NCBI RefSeq assembly: GCF_000015025.1
Contig: NC_008578.1
Span: forward strand, 1,980,001-2,012,000
From: Acidothermus cellulolyticus 11B
Lineage (GTDB): Bacteria > Actinomycetota > Actinomycetes > Acidothermales > Acidothermaceae
Direction: 5' to 3'
DNA length: 32,000 nt
The translations under genes were made by a program, and so were the position numbers. The notes below the pieces were generated by a model. That model was not told the DNA's origin. It worked only from the letters and a program-made list of their open reading frames with translations, and searched no databases. Positions 21,763 to 27,401 of this stretch are shown here, one piece after another (the stretch's first letter is position 1; each line of letters opens with the position of its first letter).

Positions 21763-22440
21763 TCACGCCGGGCCGGCTTTGTACCCGACCCCGCGGACGG
21801 TCAGGACGATCTCCGGATGGTCGGGATCCTTTTCAATCTTGGAGCGGAGCCGCTGGACGTGGACGTTCACCAACCGGGTGTCGGCGGCGTGACGATATCC
21901 CCAGACCTGTTCGAGGAGCACCTCCCGCGAGAACACGTGCCGTGGTTTGCGCGCCAGCGCCACCAGCAAATCGAATTCCAGCGGAGTCAGCGGAATAGGT
22001 TGGCCGTCGCGGGTCACCGAGTGGCCGGCGACGTCGATCGTGACGTCACCAATCGTGAGAATCTCCGGAGCAGGTTCGTCGGTCCGCCGCAGCCGGGCCC
22101 GAAGCCTGGCGACGAGTTCCTTCGGTTTGAAGGGCTTGACGACGTAGTCGTCGGCACCGGATTCCAGACCGACGACGACGTCAACCGTGTCGCTCTTCGC
22201 GGTCAGCATGACGATCGGTACGCCGGACTCCGCCCGGATCTGCCGACAGACGTCGATCCCATCGGTGCCGGGAAGCATGAGGTCGAGCAGGACGACGTCC
22301 GGCTTCACCTCCCGGAAGGCGGCGAGCGCCTTGTCTCCGTCGAACACGAAATGGGGTTCAAACCCCTCGCCGCGGAGGACAATGCCGAGCATCTCGGCCA
22401 ACGCGGTGTCGTCATCGACGACGAGGACGCGACCCTTCAT
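21763..22440 (-). CDS. mtrA: OmpR-family response regulator MtrA
   Basis: Track ORF. The sequence MKGRVLVVDDDTALAEMLGIVLRGEGFEP...VVLLDLMLPGTDGIDVCRQIR plus a winged-helix C-terminus (LTPLEFDLLVALARKPRHVFSREVLLEQVWGY) is very close to mycobacterial MtrA. The synteny is mtrA-mtrB-lpqB. Confidence 0.95.
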   Translation of the reverse strand: MKGRVLVVDDDTALAEMLGIVLRGEGFEPHFVFDGDKALAAFREVKPDVVLLDLMLPGTDGIDVCRQIRAESGVPIVMLTAKSDTVDVVVGLESGADDYVVKPFKPKELVARLRARLRRTDEPAPEILTIGDVTIDVAGHSVTRDGQPIPLTPLEFDLLVALARKPRHVFSREVLLEQVWGYRHAADTRLVNVHVQRLRSKIEKDPDHPEIVLTVRGVGYKAGPA

Positions 22441-22545
22441 AGGCCCGATATTCTCACCTTCCGCACCGGCCTGGACCGCAACGAGGTCCCCTCGTCGTCA
22501 TGCGCAGCCGCTCCGGGCGGGCGACCCGCCGCGCGGGATCCGATG

Positions 22546-23175
22546 TCATGCCGATCCACGGTGACTGCGCAGCAGGGCGGCGTCGCTGATCCCTTGCAGG
22601 TAGCCTTTGGCCCGCTCGGCCCACGGAAACTGGTTCAGCAGCGCGTGAAAGCGCGGTCCATGCGTCGGATCGATGAGGTGGACGAGTTCGTGGAGGAGGA
22701 CATAGTCCCGCACCCAACTCGGCATCACCTGCAGCCGCTTGGACAGACGAATCGAGCGGCTCTCCGGCGTACACGATCCCCAGCGTGACTCCTGGTTGGC
22801 GACCCAGCGGACGCTGGCCGGCTGCGCCCGTCCTCCGAGATACCGGCGCGACAACTGGACGGCACGTCGCAGCAATCGCTGATCACTATCGGCGGCGTCC
22901 TGCCGACCGCGTCGACGGGCGAGCCGCTCAACCATGATCCGAACCCACTTCTCCCGCTCGGCACGGGACAGCCGGGCCGGGACCGAGACGACGATGTGAT
23001 CGCCGTCCACGTGAGCGGAGATGGTGCGTCGGCGGCGCAGGCTGCGCCGGATTTCGACCAGGGTGGAGCCGTCGAGCAGCACCCGCTCGACGGAGACCGA
23101 GCGGCGGGGCGGTGTCGGCGTCGACCGGTATGAGCGCTGCGAACCGCGGGAACGTGATCCGGAAGAGGCTGTCAC
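22546..23175 (-). CDS. DUF45/YgjP-like (M48/SprT-WLM-type) HExxH zinc metallopeptidase
   Basis: Track ORF 22546..23271. The motif is YVLLHELVHLIDPTHGPRF, and the N-terminal pattern VEIRRSLRRRRTISAHVDGDHIVVSVPARLS is typical of DUF45. I prefer GTG 23175 because GC3 collapses upstream of it. The start is uncertain. Confidence 0.78.
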   Translation of the reverse strand: MTASSGSRSRGSQRSYRSTPTPPRRSVSVERVLLDGSTLVEIRRSLRRRRTISAHVDGDHIVVSVPARLSRAEREKWVRIMVERLARRRGRQDAADSDQRLLRRAVQLSRRYLGGRAQPASVRWVANQESRWGSCTPESRSIRLSKRLQVMPSWVRDYVLLHELVHLIDPTHGPRFHALLNQFPWAERAKGYLQGISDAALLRSHRGSA

Positions 23176-23659
23176 ACCTGAACCGTATCCGCTCAGAACG
23201 GCAAGGATTTCCCTTCCGCACAGGGTGTGGACGACGTCCCACCTGGTCGGGCAGGCCACCGGCGGCCGCACGTGACCGCTGTCCCCGGGTTTTCCGGACC
23301 CTCTCCACAGGGACAGGCCTAGGCGTCCTCACCCTGTCCACAGTTTTCTCCACAGGCGGTGGATGGATTCGGCACATCCTGCTTGACCGCCGCGCGCTGC
23401 CGCGCCTAACGTCTCCGACGTTGAGGCCCTCGCTTGGGCACCACCCGCAAGGGGAAGGCGGGAAGGGAGGCTCGGGCGAGGGCTTCGCACGCTTCAGGCG
23501 CCACGCCCGGCGGCTGCTAGGCGAGGCTGCGCACTGCATGAACGCGAATGCCGTAGGGTGGCCATCGCTACTCCGCGGTAGCGGCGGAGTCGTTCATCGC
23601 GGTTCGGCGCCCGTCGATCCGCGCCCGTTCATCAGTCCGTGACATCAGAGGAGGATCGG

Positions 23660-23818
23660 GTGGCCGAGAAGTACAACGGCGAGGCGTACTGCGTGAAGTG
23701 CAAGGAGAAGCGCCAGTTCGAGGGCGACGTCGTCGTCAACGACAAGGGCACCAAGATGGCCAGAGGCAAGTGCCCGGTCTGCGGGACGACGCTCAACCGC
23801 ATCCTGGGCAAGGCTTAA
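23660..23818 (+). CDS. 52-aa Cys4 zinc-ribbon protein (resembles the actinobacterial DUF5679 family)
   Basis: Below the ORF-track size cutoff. GTG 23660 is preceded by GAGGAGGA (23649-23656) and the stop is TAA 23816-23818. Translation: (M)AEKYNGEAYCVKCKEKRQFEGDVVVNDKGTKMARGKCPVCGTTLNRILGKA. It has two CxxC knuckles, high GC3 and Lys-rich composition in a high-GC genome. The family assignment is from memory. Confidence 0.8.
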   Translation: MAEKYNGEAYCVKCKEKRQFEGDVVVNDKGTKMARGKCPVCGTTLNRILGKA

Positions 23819-23882
23819 TCCGCGCAGCCGAGGCAGAGCGTCGGCACCGACCTCGTCCCAACGTCGTCCACAGCCGTGGTCC

Positions 23883-23973
23883 GGCCGTTCCGGCCGTTCC
23901 GGCTGGCGGGCGTGGCGGCCGGTCCGGTGGCGCGTGGCGGCCGGTGGCCGTTCCGGCTGGCGGGTGTGGCGGC
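23883..23973. repeat. Direct repeats: 28-mer GGCCGTTCCGGCTGGCGGG(C/T)GTGGCGGC x2 (period 54) plus 9-bp tandem GGCCGTTCC x2
   Basis: The 28-mer occurs at 23892-23919 and 23946-23973 and the copies differ at one position. The 9-mer GGCCGTTCC occurs at 23883-23891 and 23892-23900. The repeats lie in the intergenic region between the zinc-ribbon gene and the ThiF-like gene. Confidence 0.85.
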
Positions 23974-24099
23974 GCCGCGGTTTTTGTGGAGCCGACACCG
24001 TCCACATCCTTGGTCCGGTCTTTGGGGATCACTGTGGACAGCAGCGCTCCGCACGGCACACGGTGAGAAGGTGCGGGCATCCGATTCAGGGAGGTGCCC

Positions 24100-25278
24100 G
24101 TGCGACCCAGGCTCAAGCCCGCTGTCCGTGTGCTGTGGCGGGACGCCGCCACCGTGCAGTTCGGTGTCGACGCCCGATCGGCTGTTGCCGTCACGGGGGT
24201 TGATCCGTGCACGGCGGCATTGTTTGACGCGCTTGACGGGAGCCGCACGGACGCCGAGTTACGGGTGCTCGGCCGCCAGCTGGGTCTCGATGCGTCATCG
24301 GTCGACCGCCTGCTCGACTGGTTGCGCTCCGGTCGCCTCCTCGATGACGCCGCCCGCCGGCCGGCTGAGGCGTTGCTGCCACGGGGCGCAGAGGATCTCC
24401 TAACACCTGATCTCGCTGCCCTCTCGCTGCTGTCAGAGGAGCCGGACGGCGGAGCGGTTCTGCTCGAGCGGCGCCGGGCCGCACGGATCAGCGTTGTGGG
24501 TGCCGGGCGGGTTGGCGCTACCGTCGCCACGTTGCTCGCCGCCGCGGGGATTGGTCGGGTCGTCCCTGACGACCCCGAGCCAGCGACCGCTGCCGATTGT
24601 GCACCGGGCGGGCTGGCGCCGGCCGACGCCGGCACACCCCGTGGCGACGCGCTCCGCCGGCGCCTGCTCGCGGTGAATCCGGCGGTCCAGACCGCCCCGC
24701 CCACGGACGGCGATTACACCCTGCAGGTGCTCGCACCTCCTGGTCCGTTCGATGCGACCGTCGGGGACGCCGCGCTGCGTGGCCATACTCCGCACCTGCT
24801 GGCCTTTGTCCGAGATCTCACCGGCGTCATCGGTCCCCTCGTGTCACCCGGGCGAAGCCCCTGTCTGCGATGTCTGGAGGCGGCGCGAGCCGCGCGTGAT
24901 CCCCGCTGGCCGCTGATTGCGGCACAACTGGCAAGCGACCCCCCGCGCAAGAGGCGAGCCTGCGATGTCGTTCTTGCCACCCTGGTCGCCGCAATCGCTG
25001 CGCTACAGGTCTTGGCGTTCGTCGACGGGCGTCGACCGGCAACCGTTGGAGCAACCGTGGAGATGACCCTCCCCGACTGGCGATTCAGGCGCCGCCGATG
25101 GTCGATGCATCCCGACTGCGGCTGCGGTTGGCCGTCGAACGCCGAGCCCGATGCGGGCATCGATCCTGGCTCAGGTCGTGGCATCGGTGCGGCGCCCGGT
25201 GGTGGGGTCGGTCCCGGGAGGGCTGTTGGGCCCAGCGTTAGTGTCGGCGCGCGGTCAGGTGTTGGGATGAACGCGTAG
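24100..25278 (+). CDS. ThiF/MoeB/E1-like adenylyltransferase-fold protein with PqqD/RRE-like N-terminal domain
   Basis: Track ORF 24094..25278. I prefer GTG 24100, with GGGAGG 5 nt upstream. The N-terminus RPRLKPAVRVLWRDAATVQFGVD...ALFDALDGSRTDAELRVLGRQLGLDASSVDRLLDWLRSGRLLDD follows the PqqD/leader-peptide-binding pattern. The Rossmann motif is ISVVGAGRVGATVATLLAAAGIGRV. The Zn-site-like cysteines are SPCLRCLE and HPDCGCGW. Confidence 0.82.
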   Translation: MRPRLKPAVRVLWRDAATVQFGVDARSAVAVTGVDPCTAALFDALDGSRTDAELRVLGRQLGLDASSVDRLLDWLRSGRLLDDAARRPAEALLPRGAEDLLTPDLAALSLLSEEPDGGAVLLERRRAARISVVGAGRVGATVATLLAAAGIGRVVPDDPEPATAADCAPGGLAPADAGTPRGDALRRRLLAVNPAVQTAPPTDGDYTLQVLAPPGPFDATVGDAALRGHTPHLLAFVRDLTGVIGPLVSPGRSPCLRCLEAARAARDPRWPLIAAQLASDPPRKRRACDVVLATLVAAIAALQVLAFVDGRRPATVGATVEMTLPDWRFRRRRWSMHPDCGCGWPSNAEPDAGIDPGSGRGIGAAPGGGVGPGRAVGPSVSVGARSGVGMNA

Positions 25279-25309
25279 CCTTGCGCGCAATCAGGCTAAA
25301 GACCGGAAG

Positions 25310-26665
25310 ATGGGATCCATGGCCGACATCCCTCGGGGGACCGTAGCGCGGACCGCCCGCCTTGCTCGACTGCCGCTCAGCGCGGCGGGTCGCACGGCCG
25401 TGGGCATCGGGAAACGCTTGACCGGACGCCCTGCCGAGGAGGTGATCGGCGAATTCCAGCGGCGGACCGCCGAGCAGCTCTTCGACGTCCTCGGGGAGCT
25501 GAAAGGCGGTGCGATGAAGCTCGGCCAGGCGCTCTCCGTCTTCGAAGCAGCAATGCCGGACGACCTCGCGGCGCCGTACCGGGAATCGCTGACCCGCCTG
25601 CAAGAGAACGCCCCGCCGCTTCCGGCCGCCACCGTCCACCGGGTTCTGGCCGGCCAGCTTGGCCCGCAGTGGCGGACATATTTCCGGGACTTCGAGGATC
25701 GGCCTGCCGCGGCGGCATCCATCGGGCAGGTTCACCGCGCGGTCTGGCAGGACGGCCGTCACGTCGCGGTGAAGATTCAATACCCCGGCGCGGGAAAAGC
25801 GCTGCTCTCCGACCTCACCCAGCTCGGCCGGCTCGGCCGGGTGTTCGGCGTCCTCTTTCCCGGTTTGGACCTCAAGCCCCTGCTCCAAGAATTGCGGGCC
25901 CGCGTGACGGAAGAGCTCGACTACCGTCTGGAGGCCATGTCGCAACACGCTTTTGCGCGGGCATACCTCGACGATCCCGACATTTACGTGCCGGACGTGC
26001 TTGCCGGCGCCGATCGTGTCATCGTTTCCGAATGGATCGATGGCACGCCGCTATCGTCAATCATCCGATCCGGCACCCGCCGCCAGCGCGACCACGCAGG
26101 CCTTCTGCTGGTTCGTTTCCTGTTCTCCGGACCGGCGCGGGTCGGCATGCTCCACGCGGATCCTCACCCGGGGAATTACCGCCTGCTGGACGACGGGCGC
26201 CTGGCCGTGCTGGATTTCGGTGCGGTGAACCGGCTGCCGGGTGGCTTTCCCCCGATCATCGGCCGGCTGTTGAGCCTGGCGTTACGCGAAGAACCGGACG
26301 CAGTCTTGGAGGGGCTGCGCGAGGAAGGTTTTGTCCGAGCGCGCCGGTCCGTCGATCCGCACGATTTGCTCGCCTACCTCAATCCGTTCCTCGATCCTGT
26401 TCGGTATCCGGTCTTTCATTTCACGCGACGCTGGCTTCGAGAGCAGGCGTCGCGCATCGGCGACCCGCGTACGCCGTCCGGCGCGCTGGCCCGGCAACTC
26501 AATCTGCCGCCGTCGTACCTTCTCATCCATCGGGTTTGGATGGGCAGCATCGGCATACTCTGCCAGCTGGATGCCGCCGGGCCGTTCCGCGCGGAAATTG
26601 AACGATGGCTCCCGGGTCTCGAACTCCCCGAGCTTGTCGAGGACGCGGAACAGAGCGCCGAGTGA
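25310..26665 (+). CDS. ABC1/AarF/UbiB-family atypical protein kinase
   Basis: Track ORF. Motifs present are GGAMKLGQALS, AAASIGQVHRAVWQDGRHVAVKIQYPG and GMLHADPHPGNY. The position next to whiB7 matches Rv3197/Rv3197A synteny. The start could be ATG 25310 or ATG 25319. Confidence 0.9.
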   Translation: MGSMADIPRGTVARTARLARLPLSAAGRTAVGIGKRLTGRPAEEVIGEFQRRTAEQLFDVLGELKGGAMKLGQALSVFEAAMPDDLAAPYRESLTRLQENAPPLPAATVHRVLAGQLGPQWRTYFRDFEDRPAAAASIGQVHRAVWQDGRHVAVKIQYPGAGKALLSDLTQLGRLGRVFGVLFPGLDLKPLLQELRARVTEELDYRLEAMSQHAFARAYLDDPDIYVPDVLAGADRVIVSEWIDGTPLSSIIRSGTRRQRDHAGLLLVRFLFSGPARVGMLHADPHPGNYRLLDDGRLAVLDFGAVNRLPGGFPPIIGRLLSLALREEPDAVLEGLREEGFVRARRSVDPHDLLAYLNPFLDPVRYPVFHFTRRWLREQASRIGDPRTPSGALARQLNLPPSYLLIHRVWMGSIGILCQLDAAGPFRAEIERWLPGLELPELVEDAEQSAE

Positions 26666-26767
26666 CCGCGCCACTCGGCAAGTCCACGCTCGTCACGTCA
26701 CCCGGACGGGTATTCCGACGGGCACCGCGGTCCGCGGCGTCCTCGACAGCTGCACCGGTCCGCGGCA

Positions 26768-27052
26768 TCACACGACGCGCTCTTTGCGCGGCCGACCGCG
26801 CGGCCGCTTCTGGGAGACGACCCGCCCGCCGGAAAACAACTCTCCTCCCCAGACACCCCAGGGTTCACGTCGCTGCAGCGCATCGTCCAGGCATGCCACC
26901 CTGCGCGGGCAGCGTCGGCAGAGTGCCTTCGCCACGTCGATATCCTCCGGGTCCTCGGCAAAGAAAATCTCGGGATTCACCTGGAGGCAAGGGATTTCCC
27001 GCCTTGCGTCGATCGCCTGCGCACATCCCGCGTCGACGTCCGTCACGCTCAT
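26768..27052 (-). CDS. whiB7: WhiB7-type Fe-S transcription factor with C-terminal AT-hook
   Basis: The start is ATG 27052, within track ORF 26768..27091. Translation: MSVTDVDAGCAQAIDARREIPCLQVNPEIFFAEDPEDIDVAKALCRRCPRRVACLDDALQRREPWGVWGGELFSGGRVVSQKRPRGRPRKERVV. It has the four Cys pattern (C-x2-C-x5-C), the EPWGVWGG motif and the AT-hook RGRPRK. Confidence 0.9.
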   Translation of the reverse strand: MSVTDVDAGCAQAIDARREIPCLQVNPEIFFAEDPEDIDVAKALCRRCPRRVACLDDALQRREPWGVWGGELFSGGRVVSQKRPRGRPRKERVV

Positions 27053-27355
27053 TCCACACCCCTCACCTCGCACCATCGGTTGGCCGTTCACCCTCCGAGT
27101 GATCGTTGTCTGGTTGGACGGTCACCATCCTCCGTTGGTGGACCGACATTTCCGGCCGTCGTGGATCTCCGCTGAGCAGGTGGGCTTGGTCGCGACGGCT
27201 CTCACGCCGCCCGGGATCGAACCGGTTCGTGGTCGCGCGACCGGTCTTGGCGGCGCCCCTTCTATCACCCAGCGATCGAACCGGTTCGTGGTCGCGCGAT
27301 GCGCAGCAGGCGTGACGATCGTCCATGTCAAGACGGATATGTCACAACGCCCGCT
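27053..27355 (-). promoter_or_regulatory. Long whiB7 5' leader/promoter region with internal direct repeats and a long upstream ORF
   Basis: About 300 nt of non-coding sequence lies between the helicase stop and the whiB7 ATG. It contains a TTGACA (sense strand, about 27325-27330), an 87-codon uORF (27063..27326) ending 10 nt before the whiB7 ATG, and two perfect 26-nt repeats. Long regulated leaders with a uORF are established for whiB7/wblC in Mycobacterium and Streptomyces. Confidence 0.5.
27215..27299. repeat. Perfect 26-bp direct repeat GATCGAACCGGTTCGTGGTCGCGCGA x2, spaced 59 bp start to start
   Basis: Copies at 27215-27240 and 27274-27299 are identical. Each contains the 12-bp palindrome CGAACCGGTTCG. 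The 27215 copy is followed by cc, which creates the 12-bp palindrome GGTCGCGCGACC. Confidence 0.95.
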
Positions 27356-27401
27356 GACCGCGATCGTTAGCTCCTCGGGACCGCGATCGTTAGCTCGCCG
27401 G
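27356..27401. repeat. 23-bp tandem duplication (gaccgcgatcgttagctcctcgg / gaccgcgatcgttagctcgccgg)
   Basis: Copies at 27356-27378 and 27379-27401 have one mismatch. The second copy contains the helicase stop codon (tta 27390-27392 on plus, which is TAA on minus). Confidence 0.95.

Larger units (their letters stand above)
23226..24041. promoter_or_regulatory. Cluster of eight DnaA-box-like motifs (actinobacterial consensus TT[G/C]TCCACA)
   Basis: Boxes are written in box orientation:
- 23226-23234(-) TCGTCCACA
- 23301-23309(+) CTCTCCACA
- 23334-23342(+) CTGTCCACA
- 23346-23354(+) TTCTCCACA (9/9 match)
- 23864-23872(+) TCGTCCACA
- 23985-23993(-) GGCTCCACA
- 23998-24006(+) CCGTCCACA
- 24033-24041(-) CTGTCCACA

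By eye, the rest of the 32-kb window holds only about five TCCACA/TGTGGA hexamers. Confidence 0.55.

Noticed and set aside
26666-26767. Direct repeat GCACCG(C)GGTCCGCGGC x2 between the convergent ABC1 kinase and whiB7 genes.
   Set aside because: It is short, is built from self-complementary CCGCGG units, and is most simply a pair of weak bidirectional terminator hairpins. Nothing distinguishes it from typical GC-rich convergent spacers.
27200-27260. tRNA-like T-arm (ACCGG-TTCGATC-CCGG) closed by a 6-7 bp acceptor-like stem within the whiB7 leader. I considered a tRNA gene or a tRNA-derived att site.
   Set aside because: No D-arm, anticodon arm or CCA context could be built. The second repeat copy lacks the 3' half of the T-stem. 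No integrase or other mobile-element gene is nearby. I kept it only as a structural remark in the whiB7-leader finding.
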